DNA from: Methanomassiliicoccaceae archaeon
GTDB lineage: Archaea > Thermoplasmatota > Thermoplasmata > Methanomassiliicoccales > Methanomassiliicoccaceae
Assembly (NCBI GenBank): GCA_040776945.1
Contig: JAXGZN010000001.1
Coordinates: forward strand, 672,001-736,000
Length of the DNA: 64,000 bases
Direction: 5' to 3'
The notes under the pieces were generated by a model, which did no database searches, was not told the origin of the DNA, and was given only the letters and a program-made list of their open reading frames with translations. Of this stretch, positions 9,930 through 19,219 are shown in pieces. Numbering within the stretch: position 1 is the stretch's first letter; every line of letters starts with the position of its first letter. A program made the position numbers and the translations under genes.

Positions 9930-10122
9930 TTACGCTGGCCTGGGACCGGACTTCCGCCGCCAGCCTGGTAAGTATGGCCCCGAGGCCGGCCGCCCAGTCG
10001 ACCACTCCGTCCCAGATGTCCTCGATGATCGAGGTCAGCGGATCGAGGATAGTATCGCGGACGAGGTCGATGAGCCACGTCGCGAGCGAGGTCGTCTGCT
10101 TATTTACGATCTCGGTTCCGGC
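9930..10122 (-). pseudogene. Truncated orphan C-terminal cassette 4 of the polymorphic protein
   Basis: EIVNKQTTSLATWLIDLVRDTILDPLTSIIEDIWDGVVDW resembles the junction IVNAFQAFVTWAIEFITD...FGPFID; no start codon. Confidence 0.5.
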
Positions 10123-10131
10123 TTAAACGGA

Positions 10132-10510
10132 TCAGTAAGGCCGGTTCTTCCAGTCTCTTGGCAGCTCCGGCAGAGGACCGTGATACCTCTGGTACGCCGA
10201 TCTCATGGCCAACCCGATGTCGTAGGTCACGAGGATGGTCGATCTCTTTTTCTTCAGCCGTATTATACCTCTTCTCTTGTCCTTGCCGGTCACGGTGGTG
10301 TACTTGTTAGGAGAGACGTAGATCCACGCTATGTCTTCCCATCGGACGTCCTTTGGTTTAAAAAACGGTATTCGAGTTTCACCCCATCCTTGTCGATTCG
10401 CACTCGCAGCGGCCTTGAGACGTATTCCGTCTGTACAATAATAATTGGGACCATCAGGCTGCCGAAAAATCCGTATATCAGGAGAAGCGGGTTCGGCACT
10501 ATGATATATA
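10132..10510 (-). pseudogene. Frameshifted family-B partner membrane protein, 5' end cut by IS110
   Basis: ...GSLMVPIIIVQTEYVSRPLRVRIDKDGVKLEYRF, then a frameshift at the A-run ~10360, then KPKDVRWEDIAWIYVSP...AMRSAYQRYHG; homologous to 13474..13923. Confidence 0.65.
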
Positions 10511-10586
10511 ATTGAAAAAATGACCATCGGGCTAAAAGCGCGGCATTCGTTACCTAAAGTAGCCAAACAAAAGGAAGGAATGCCGC

Positions 10587-11593
10587 ATGAAATACTCTAG
10601 TTAGATACATAAAGATTGCACGACCGCCTGCGCGGTCAGCGCAGGCGGGAAGGCCGTGATGAGCGCCGAGGTCACCACCGACGCTGCCGGCCTCAGCGAA
10701 CTGCACGCGCGAATGAACGGTTGCGAGTACAGCGTGATGATGGAATCGAGCACCTACTCATACGTCGCCTATCGATTCTTCGAACGACTGGGCATCGAGA
10801 CGCACGTGGTCCACGCTCGTAGCTTGAAGATGATCACTGACAGCGACAAGAAGACCGACCGCTCGGACGCGGAATGGATCGGCCGCTGCCTGCGGCTGTG
10901 GAAGCTCGGCGAGATCGAGCTTTCGATGTCTTACTTTCCGACGGAGGTCGAGGCGGAGCTCAAGGACCTCTGCCGGTACAAGGAAGAGCTATCCTCCAAG
11001 CTGGGCGACGACGTGCGACGAATAAGATCGCACATGAGCCGCAATTGCCTGGAACTACCTCCACAGTTCCAGAACCTGTCGACCAGGAAGTCCAGGAACT
11101 TCATCATCGTGACATACGCGAACGATTACACCTTGGTGAAGCGAGTGAGCGGCTACGCCTCGCTGCTCATCGAGTCAGAACAAGTAGTCAAGGAGATCGA
11201 GAGCAGGGGAGCGAACGACATGAACGTCGAACTGCTTGAATCTATACCGGGCATAGGACGGCAGACCGCCGTGCAGCTGATGTCGATGATAGTGGACGTG
11301 ACCAGGTTCAAAGATCCCGAGCGGCTTTGCGCATACTTCGGCATGGTGCCTCGAGTTCGCGATTCGGGAGGCAAGGAACATCATGGCCGCATGACGACGA
11401 GGACAACATGATGCGCTCGATCATGGAACGAGTTACTTCGAGCCATATCCACTTCTGCGATTCGACGATAACCGCATACTTCGAACGCAAAGCGAAGGAG
11501 ATGGGGAACAAGAAGGCGCTCACTTCGGCAGCGAGGAAAATGCTGGTCGTGATCCACACGGTTCTGATGAGGAAAACGCCGTTCACCGCCTGA
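10587..11593 (+). pseudogene. IS110-family transposase/recombinase, with an in-frame amber at codon 6 and a frameshift at ~11400
   Basis: MKYSS*IHKDC..., MESS, KTDRSDA, ESIPGIG, AYFGMVPRVRDSGG; C-terminal AARKMLVVIHTVL lies in another frame. Confidence 0.85.
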
Positions 11594-11608
11594 GCTACCT
11601 CAGGCGGT
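11585..11608 (+). other. Perfect 10-bp hairpin over the transposase stop (accgcctgag-ctac-ctcaggcggt)
   Basis: Direct inspection; could belong to the element's non-coding RNA or be a terminator. Confidence 0.5.
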
Positions 11609-11918
11609 CTTACGTCCGATGTGCGCTCAACGAGATAAGAGGATAAGGACCGAGGACCATGCCGTCGACTGCTTTTGCGGGCCTTGAACGGATGCCGCCT
11701 TTAAAAATCATCGAGCTCAAAAGGTCCAGGCCTGGAATGTCATACTGCGGATCTTGCCGCCAAAGTAAATTAGGTTGTTCCTCGAACTCGGGAACACGCT
11801 CACGGACGAGCTTGCATAGCGTAAGCTATAAACAATGGGCATCACAATTCAGTAAAAGCCGCACTTTTAGCCTAAGTAAATCAGTGGATCGTGACAAAGG
11901 GCATCTTACGGGCCTCCC

Positions 11919-12188
11919 TTATGCGATATATATTAAGACCAGGGGATCACCGATCTGCACTTCCTTCGGGCGCCTTATAACCCCGAGGTAGGTGATTGGG
12001 ACGAGGAGCAATAGGGCAATAGCGGTGAAGAAAAAGATGCCTACCAATTGTGCCGCCCAGAAATCGGTGATGATGTACATTAACAGGCCGATGCAAAATA
12101 GGAAAATGGAGGAGAAAATCGCCAGGCCCATGAAATGGATGTCAGGGGGGTTTCTTATTTGTACCCTACTTTTCTCTGCGCCTTTCAT
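11919..12188 (-). pseudogene. Truncated family-B partner membrane protein
   Basis: Two TM helices, then YLGVIRRPKEVQI (compare EYRLKPKVVI, NYLRFPKLIDI), then a premature stop. Confidence 0.55.
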
Positions 12189-12192
12189 GCAA

Positions 12193-12663
12193 TCATCTAC
12201 TCATAATAAGTTCATCGCCAGGCAAAGTTCTCATCATCATTTTTTCATATTTCGCCTTGATGTCTGTCGCTAGTCGACTAGGGATTATATACGGATACAA
12301 CCGACCAGAGGCATACAGATGGCGCTCGTCCTTAAGTCCGATCGTTGTCTGCCTTTTCATTGATAGCTTACGAATATCTGAAAAACGAATTAAGACATCT
12401 GGCCCGACTACGAACCTCATGCAAATTTGGTTCTCCATAACAATGACAACTTTAGGCTTCAGACGATATTCCCTATAAGATGAGACGATTATTGGAGGCA
12501 CCCCGATAAACAGGGAGAGAAATATTCCACCTATGCCCCATACGCCGGCTAAAAATAGGAAAATGCCGCCAATAAGGAAACAAAGTCCAATGAGAATAAT
12601 AAAATAAAACTCAAATGGTTTTCCATTGTCGATTGAGCAAAGGCGCTCTTCCGTCTCACTCAT
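12193..12663 (-). CDS. Family-B partner membrane protein (2 TM plus PH-like domain), putative immunity protein
   Basis: ATG 2 nt after the cassette-3 stop; similar to 13474..13923 (YPY...KAKYEKMM). Confidence 0.65.
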   Translation of the reverse strand: MSETEERLCSIDNGKPFEFYFIILIGLCFLIGGIFLFLAGVWGIGGIFLSLFIGVPPIIVSSYREYRLKPKVVIVMENQICMRFVVGPDVLIRFSDIRKLSMKRQTTIGLKDERHLYASGRLYPYIIPSRLATDIKAKYEKMMMRTLPGDELIMSR

Positions 12664-12665
12664 TT

Positions 12666-13466
12666 TCAATCCCAATCACACCCCTCATATGACATCCATG
12701 CACCTATTCCACCGAATATGAGCGAGATGCCGCCCATATATGGGTCTACTACCGCTCCCGCAAGCGATATGATTAAGGATTCTATCGATATGAAGAAACC
12801 GATTATACCCATCGCAGCATCATTGGCGATGACCGAGTAGAGACCTAAAGCTAATGCGATTATGCCATCGGCTAGAATGATGCCGGACAAGATTTTTGTG
12901 GTAGAGACATAAAGCAGATCGGCAACGCCCAATATGCTAGTGAATACCCCCACGGCTGCAGCCCCCAAAGCCCAAGCGGTCTCGTCCGGAACCTGTTCGG
13001 TCCCGCCATTAGACGCGACATTGTAGGTCCAAGCTTGCCATGGCGCGACTCCATACATTGGAGTTCCCTGATCCCACTGAGCGGTAGACTGTATTCCTAA
13101 AGCATTATAAGCTATCACACCGACAATGCCCATCATCATGTAACCTACTAGGTTGGATGCTCCGAGCGTAATCACTTGGACCGATGTGCTCACGACCTTC
13201 GCAAGGACCGCTACAATCGAGAGAGCGGAATAGAACTCTCCATGAATGGCATCGGCAAGTTTGTTCGCAGTTCTTGGATCTATTGACCCAGATGTTTCCA
13301 GTTCTTCAACCACTAGGTGAGCCATGGACTGAACATGCTGGCAATATTGCATCCATTGCTCTCTAATCATATCGATGAGCGGGCTGAATACTTCTTCAAT
13401 AACGTTGTTAATGAACTCGATCGCCCACGTCACGAACGCCTGGAGAGCGTCGATGATGTCGTCGAT
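12666..13466 (-). CDS. Orphan C-terminal cassette 3 (hydrophobic multi-TM module)
   Basis: Begins *AIDDIIDALQAFVTWAIEFINN with no proper start upstream of the junction; low GC. Confidence 0.7.
   Translation of the reverse strand: MDDIIDALQAFVTWAIEFINNVIEEVFSPLIDMIREQWMQYCQHVQSMAHLVVEELETSGSIDPRTANKLADAIHGEFYSALSIVAVLAKVVSTSVQVITLGASNLVGYMMMGIVGVIAYNALGIQSTAQWDQGTPMYGVAPWQAWTYNVASNGGTEQVPDETAWALGAAAVGVFTSILGVADLLYVSTTKILSGIILADGIIALALGLYSVIANDAAMGIIGFFISIESLIISLAGAVVDPYMGGISLIFGGIGAWMSYEGCDWD
13411..13444. repeat. 34-bp junction core repeat (cassette 3)
   Basis: atgaactcgatcgcccacgtcacgaacgcctgga, identical to 14693..14726. Confidence 0.95.
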
Positions 13467-13473
13467 CGCTCAA

Positions 13474-13923
13474 CTACCGGCCTTGGTACTCCGGCGGATA
13501 GCGGCCCATGGCCTCGCGGTACTTGGCCCGGACGGCCTCGCTGATCTCGTAGCTGAGAGGATATGGACACATTTTCCCGTGGAGGAAGACGGAACCGCCC
13601 CTGGCCCACCGGCCCATGAACGTCGAGGAATTGCCGGGGTCCGAGTACACCGACTTGACCTGAGACCATCGAACCTCATTTTTCCTCGATAATGGAAATT
13701 GGAAGATGATGCCATCATCATTGATGTCGATGAGCTTTGGGAATCGGAGATAGTTCCTATCAAGGTTAGCTAAATAGAAGACAGATGGTAGGAGAATCGC
13801 GACTACCAGAGACAATAGGCCCCCTCCATCTAGATAGAAAGTCAGGCCAATGATGAGCAATATAGTGGCAATAATAAACAACCACGCCACATCCTTGGTC
13901 TGTCTCGGATTATCATATCTCAT
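13474..13923 (-). CDS. Family-B partner membrane protein (2 TM plus PH-like domain), putative immunity protein
   Basis: Starts 4 nt after the cassette-2 stop; PKLIDINDDGI...VRWSQV...YREAMGRYP. Confidence 0.7.
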   Translation of the reverse strand: MRYDNPRQTKDVAWLFIIATILLIIGLTFYLDGGGLLSLVVAILLPSVFYLANLDRNYLRFPKLIDINDDGIIFQFPLSRKNEVRWSQVKSVYSDPGNSSTFMGRWARGGSVFLHGKMCPYPLSYEISEAVRAKYREAMGRYPPEYQGR

Positions 13924-13927
13924 GTCA

Positions 13928-14790
13928 TCACTCCAGCGACTTTATAGAGCAGTAGATACCCACGCCCCCGAACAACGCCGACATGCCGGCGACGATCCTC
14001 GCCGATGGCAACGGTGTCATCCAGTGGAGACTGCCGAGTACACCAGCGGCACCGCGGACACGAAGATCGCCACCACCGAGAGGTTGAAGCTCCCGACGGC
14101 CATGGCGAGCCATCCCAGAGCGGAGCCCACGATGCTCAGCGCCAGGTAGAACGCCTCCTTCATGACCACCGCTCCGCTCAGCACCAGACCTCCGGCGCCG
14201 ACGAAGGTCCCGAGGATGCTCATGCATCCCCCGAACGCGCCCCAGGCCGTTTGCTCTTTTGACGAGGTGAAGGTCCAATCGCATAGTGACTCCAACACTA
14301 CCCTGGTCCAGGTCCTCAAGGTTTCCAGCGCATCGTCGACCGGACCGCTCAGCACCCCATCGTCCCCATTGATATATGAGAACACCTCGCTCAGTATCAG
14401 AGCAACGACCATCGGAGCGACGAACGCCACGATCATCCCGTAGACGCTGGTCACCGGGGTCAGGGCAATGAGCAGGATGTCGATTACGACCGCTATTCCC
14501 ATCAGCACCGTGAACAGCTCTCCGGTGAGCGCGCTGCCGAGAGCGCGCTGAGAGCCATCGCTGACCGTGCCGGTGCCGGAGAAGTCCAGGGCAGCCCGGT
14601 CGACCGCTGCGTTCACTCCTTCCAGATAATCGAAGATGTAGCTCTTGACGTCATCGATGAACGGCCCGAATATGTCGGTCACCAGATCGGTTATGAACTC
14701 GATCGCCCACGTCACGAACGCCTGGAACGCGTCGGCGATCTCGTTAACAGCCTGGACGAAGCTCGACGCGAGATTATGGGGCGCTGATCC
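13928..14790 (-). pseudogene. Orphan C-terminal cassette 2 (multi-TM), frameshifted near 14025
   Basis: LASSFVQAVNEIADAFQAFVTWAIEFITD...; the tail GMSALFGGVGIYCS in the next frame matches GISLIFGGIGAWMS of cassette 3. Confidence 0.7.
14693..14726. repeat. 34-bp junction core repeat (cassette 2)
   Basis: Identical to 13411..13444; 30/34 to 16409..16442. Confidence 0.95.
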
Positions 14791-14884
14791 ATGAAGACCA
14801 TCCAGTCGCAGATAGTTCTTACAAGTCGTCGATCGCTTCTCCCTTTGCTTGCCCGATTGTGCCCAGGCTCTCATTGCCTTGCTC

Positions 14885-14950
14885 ATCATTCATCGGTAGA
14901 CTCAATGGATATCGGCCCATGTGCTCTCGATACGCTTCCCTAACTACGTG
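14885..14950 (-). pseudogene. 3' remnant of family-B partner gene
   Basis: VREAYREHMGRYP versus VRAKYREAMGRYP in 13474..13923. Confidence 0.6.
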
Positions 14951-15038
14951 GTGATGGACCGCTTCATCGGAGAGTACCTCGCCTGTGCGTTCAAGAGGAG
15001 GTAGCCGTCCTTGGTGTGCCATCGATGCTTAGTCTTCA

Positions 15039-15665
15039 TTAATATGATGGCTTGCCATCCATATACTTAGTCATCCTCCCTATTCCGATCCCCTTATCCA
15101 GGACTGGGACCATCCAGTGCTCTCTGATCGCTTCGGTCAGGGTGATGATCTGGCCGGGAGGCTTGGGGCCAGAACGATACTGCTTGCCCCTCACCGTTAT
15201 CACCACGAAACCGATGGGCGCATCCTCCCAGAGAAGATCGCTGCGATTATTCACGTTCTGGCGTAGCTTGCCCCTCACGACTTCAATCAAAGTGACCTCG
15301 TCCCGGGGCACGAAACCGTCGAAGCCGAGTAAACGTTGGTACAGGAACGTATACATCTCGATGCCGTTCGACCTTAACCTCGTCTTCGTTGATGCTAGTC
15401 TCATATCACGGAAGTGATACTCACTGACCCATAGGAGAAGGACGATCCCTGAGCCTCCGCCGATAGCGGCTACATACCTCACATCTTCTCCACCGTAGAT
15501 TACGAGGTTTCCCATTAAAATGAGAATCGAAATGACACCCATTCGTATTAACCAAACGAAGGACATCACTTGAAGATGGTTTTGCAAGGTGGAGTCCAAG
15601 ACAAAGGGGGGCAATTGCTCCTCAAACAGGACCTCACCATCTGAAATACGTTTAGTTTCACGCAT
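15039..15665 (-). CDS. Family-A partner membrane protein (2 TM plus soluble domain), putative cognate immunity protein
   Basis: Start overlaps the stop of the large gene (ATGCGTGA); low GC. Confidence 0.7.
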   Translation of the reverse strand: MRETKRISDGEVLFEEQLPPFVLDSTLQNHLQVMSFVWLIRMGVISILILMGNLVIYGGEDVRYVAAIGGGSGIVLLLWVSEYHFRDMRLASTKTRLRSNGIEMYTFLYQRLLGFDGFVPRDEVTLIEVVRGKLRQNVNNRSDLLWEDAPIGFVVITVRGKQYRSGPKPPGQIITLTEAIREHWMVPVLDKGIGIGRMTKYMDGKPSY

Positions 15666-18600
15666 TCCTAGCCCTCTCAGCAGCCGTGTATAGACTGAAC
15701 GTCGAAACGCTGATATCAAATATGGCAAAGCCCAATAAGAATTTACCTACAGTCGGTAGCTTTACTGGTTTTACCAAATATATGGCGAATCCAAGTATGG
15801 ATAAAACAAATCCAATGCAACTCAGTTGCAAAGATTCCAGCGGATTCTCGACTGCCAACGACCATAGTGCTAAAGCGAAGCCGATGGTAGCAATGGCAAA
15901 TGATACGACTCCCAATGGATCGATGGCCATCAGCATCTGTATCTTTTCCGCCAAGAAATTGAAGATGGAGATGGAAAGCCCCAGGACTATTTCAATCTGG
16001 CTTGCTAGTTCGCTCCCGATGATGGTTTCCATCTGATTGCGCAGTTGATCGCCCCCGTTTATCAAACTCAATGGATTGAACCCTAATGCCGTTTGCAGAA
16101 CCGTGCTGACCATTAGCGTCAGCACCAAGGGGATGACTACCTCATTTATCAAGAATGAATATGGCATGAGCACGACGGACAGGATCATAATCGCCGCTGT
16201 TACCGCTGTAGCCACAATCATCAGGGCATCGATCATGTCAATGATGGGCGCTCCGATGGTAGCAGCCCCTTCATTCTCAGTCATACTCCCAGACTGTATG
16301 GATTGTGTTGCAACTGTAAGTAGCGATGAAATTACTCCGCAAGCTCCTGAACTCCCAATGCCGAGATTGCCTAAAACGCTCCCTACCGCCGTCTCTATTG
16401 TATCCGTGATGAAGTCGATCGCCCAGTCCACGAACGCCTGGAACGCGTTCACTATCTTCGTCACCGCCGTCTGTATGACCGATATGTAGGCGTTCGTGAT
16501 GGTGCTTATCAGCTTCACCCCGGCCTCGTACACCATCTCGGCGAGGTTGTAGAGCGTGGTGCCGATGGCGACGAGGCAGTCGAAGACGAACTCGAGGACC
16601 TCGCCGACGGTCAGATAGTCAGGCGCTTCACCTAGAGGTGACGACTGGATATTGTACGGTAACCTCGATTGGATATCGGCCGGCAGGTGGAGCAGGTACA
16701 GGTTGCTGGGCGAGATCACCACGCTGTTGCCGATCTGCGCGTTGGTCGGATCGTGCGTCAGCTTCCCTAGCAACTCTTCCGCCGCATAATTGCTCATCGT
16801 TTTCTCGAACACTGCAACGATGTGTCCTGAGCTGAACGCCTGCGAACCATCGGTCGAGTAGAACGATCCGCCGGAGAGCTCGCTCCCTGAGGGATTGGAG
16901 GTCAGCACATCGCTGAACTTTGATTCGAGCGCTAGGTAGCGAGGGACTATGATGGTGTTCACGCCGGGAGAGAAGTGCGCGCTAGATCCTTGGACAGTAA
17001 CGTACAGCATGTATACCTGCCCGTCGGCAGTATACCGGTAGTTGTTCGCGCCGATGACGTAGAGGTCGCTGTTCTCCTCGGTCGAATTGACGATGATGAG
17101 GTTGCTCTTCGGGGCGATCGCCGTCTCGACGAAGAATCCCACCTCACACTCGCTGTTCACGTTAAACCAGCCATCGCTTAGATCGCCATGTGAATAGTAC
17201 TCGGTATGTCCGTTGCTGTAGTAGAAAGTGAACGGATAATCGCAATGATTTGGGTCCGTGTCCTCCATGTCCAGCTTGATATCGTCGTATGCGGGAGGAT
17301 TGCCGGCGTTATCGGCCACCGCCATCATCACGAAACCCTTGCTCGTTCCGGTATCGTCCACCTGGATGTAATAGTTGAAGTTGAAGTACCGGTCCTCGTG
17401 CGTGTACACGTCGTACAGACGCTCGGTGGACAATGCGATCGTAGAATCGGTCACATCGTCGTAATAGGTAAGGACGAAGAAGATGTCGTGCACGTTACCC
17501 CAGTTTATGTCTTCCCACAGATTGAGGAAGTTGATGTTCACGTGCAGCATCATGTCCCCGAGATACTTGTCCACATTGTCTCGGAAGCCGTCCCCGTCGG
17601 TGTCCGCGCAGGTGGGGTCGAGAGGCTGGTTGCACGGCGTGATGCCCTCGATCTCGTCACGGTCCCAGATGCCGTCCCCGTCGGTATCATAGAGCACCGG
17701 GTTGGTGATCCACCCGTCCTCGCCGAAGCTCACCTCTTCGCCGTCCCAGATGCCGTCCCCGTCAGTATCTTTGACCAATGGGTTCGTTTTCCCCTCAAGC
17801 TGCAAGATGACGTACTGCACCTGGCCGTCCGATCCCGCGTAGTTCTGATCGGCGACCATGAACTCGAAGGTGCCTCCCTGGCGATAGAGCGAGATCGTAT
17901 AGTGCGGCGACAACGGTATGTAGGTCTCGAACACGTTCGCCCCGACATTCCATTGATCGTAGAGGCACAGGTTAGGCAAACCGGAGCCGACCTTGTACAT
18001 CCATACTTCGATGTCCTGGGCGCGGTCGGTGACGATGCCGACGTGCACCCTGACCGCGGTGATCTCCACCGACGCAGGAATGGAGGGGATGGTGATGGAC
18101 ATTATCGCACGGTCGCTCCACGAGCCGTTGGGCACTTTGTAGAACTTGTCGGTGGACCAGCTCTGCGACCATCGTTCCGCGCCGTCCATCAGGCCGTCGT
18201 CATCGGTGTCGGGGTCCCAAGGACTGGTGTGGCCGTAGATCGTTCCGAAGTATCCCTCGTCGGCGTCCTTGAGGCCGTCGGAGTCGGTATCGTCGGAGAA
18301 CGGATCGAGGTACCTATCGTTGGTCCGATCCGCTTCCATGCGATCGACCGCACCGTCGTTGTCGCTGTCGATCAGCAAGTGAAGCTCGGCGACCGACACC
18401 GAGGCGGTGCCGATCTTGAACAGGATGTTCAGCTGGGTGCCCCACATGTAATCGACGAAGGTCGAGGGATCGATGCGGAACGACGCGGTGGTCCACGAGG
18501 AACTCGCCTGAATGGTTTTCACGTCGACGAACGAAGTGCCGGTCCATTGCGATACCACGAACTGATTCTGGGAGCGATACACCAGCTCGACCTCGTGGAA

Positions 18601-19152
18601 GTTGCCGGATACAGGACCGTTCACGAAGAACAACGCGCTGCCATCGGTCGTGCTGCGGTAGGTGCGGCCTCCGTCCGAGAGGACCGAGGACCAGTGGCCG
18701 TTGTTGTAGATGTTGATGCCAGGGTTGCGGTACCGGCCGCTGTCGTCGTACACCCCGCCGACCACGGTGTACAGGTCGCACGGGCGCATGGTCACCGAAG
18801 TAACGTTAGAGATGGATGACACGAACCTCAGCCGAATGTTGTATCCCGGAGCGGAAGCGTCCGCGTCGTAGTACACGCCGCGCTGCAGGGAGATCACGGC
18901 CGAGTTGCCCCAGCGGTACAGGTTGCCGATGGTCACGTACCCATCGAAGGACAGCTGTTGTACCTCGATGTACTCCGCCGCATCGCTGTACGTGATCTCC
19001 AGCGTGAACACCATCGTCTGCACCGGGACGTTGACGAGCATCGTCGCCCCGGCGGTGCCGTTGGCCACCGTCCCGTCGAACGTCCATCCGGACTCGAACC
19101 CCACGCCGGGATTGTGGTACGAGGCCGGGGTGAAGCTGATAAGCACCATCAC
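15658..19152 (-). CDS. Large extracellular-type protein with DxDxDG Ca-binding repeats and a variable multi-TM C-terminal module (polymorphic toxin-like); probably 5'-truncated
   Basis: Six D(T/S)DxDG repeats, beta-rich domains, junction IVNAFQAFVDWAIDFIT, GC drop after the junction; no signal peptide; the ORF starts inside the inverted repeat. Confidence 0.75.
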   Translation of the reverse strand: MMVLISFTPASYHNPGVGFESGWTFDGTVANGTAGATMLVNVPVQTMVFTLEITYSDAAEYIEVQQLSFDGYVTIGNLYRWGNSAVISLQRGVYYDADASAPGYNIRLRFVSSISNVTSVTMRPCDLYTVVGGVYDDSGRYRNPGINIYNNGHWSSVLSDGGRTYRSTTDGSALFFVNGPVSGNFHEVELVYRSQNQFVVSQWTGTSFVDVKTIQASSSWTTASFRIDPSTFVDYMWGTQLNILFKIGTASVSVAELHLLIDSDNDGAVDRMEADRTNDRYLDPFSDDTDSDGLKDADEGYFGTIYGHTSPWDPDTDDDGLMDGAERWSQSWSTDKFYKVPNGSWSDRAIMSITIPSIPASVEITAVRVHVGIVTDRAQDIEVWMYKVGSGLPNLCLYDQWNVGANVFETYIPLSPHYTISLYRQGGTFEFMVADQNYAGSDGQVQYVILQLEGKTNPLVKDTDGDGIWDGEEVSFGEDGWITNPVLYDTDGDGIWDRDEIEGITPCNQPLDPTCADTDGDGFRDNVDKYLGDMMLHVNINFLNLWEDINWGNVHDIFFVLTYYDDVTDSTIALSTERLYDVYTHEDRYFNFNYYIQVDDTGTSKGFVMMAVADNAGNPPAYDDIKLDMEDTDPNHCDYPFTFYYSNGHTEYYSHGDLSDGWFNVNSECEVGFFVETAIAPKSNLIIVNSTEENSDLYVIGANNYRYTADGQVYMLYVTVQGSSAHFSPGVNTIIVPRYLALESKFSDVLTSNPSGSELSGGSFYSTDGSQAFSSGHIVAVFEKTMSNYAAEELLGKLTHDPTNAQIGNSVVISPSNLYLLHLPADIQSRLPYNIQSSPLGEAPDYLTVGEVLEFVFDCLVAIGTTLYNLAEMVYEAGVKLISTITNAYISVIQTAVTKIVNAFQAFVDWAIDFITDTIETAVGSVLGNLGIGSSGACGVISSLLTVATQSIQSGSMTENEGAATIGAPIIDMIDALMIVATAVTAAIMILSVVLMPYSFLINEVVIPLVLTLMVSTVLQTALGFNPLSLINGGDQLRNQMETIIGSELASQIEIVLGLSISIFNFLAEKIQMLMAIDPLGVVSFAIATIGFALALWSLAVENPLESLQLSCIGFVLSILGFAIYLVKPVKLPTVGKFLLGFAIFDISVSTFSLYTAAERARNA
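16429..16531. repeat. 103-bp inverted repeat, left copy
   Basis: Exact reverse complement of 19117..19219. Confidence 0.95.
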
Positions 19153-19219
19153 GAACGCCTACATATCGGTCATACAGACGGCGGTGACGAAGATAGTGAA
19201 CGCGTTCCAGGCGTTCGTG
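19117..19219. repeat. 103-bp inverted repeat, right copy, continuing into cassette-type TWAVEFFE
   Basis: Encodes YEAGVKLISTITNAYISVIQTAVTKIVNAFQAFV on the + strand. Confidence 0.95.

Larger units (their letters stand above)
10530..11708 (+). mobile_element. IS110/IS1111-family insertion sequence (decayed)
   Basis: DEDD-type transposase; imperfect subterminal inverted repeats 10535..10551 (aaagcgcggcattcgtt) and 11687..11702 (aacggatgccgccttt); ends approximate. Confidence 0.75.

Noticed and set aside
17580-18370. Repeated cccagatgccgtccccgtc DNA
   Set aside because: Explained by the DTDGDGIWD protein repeats.
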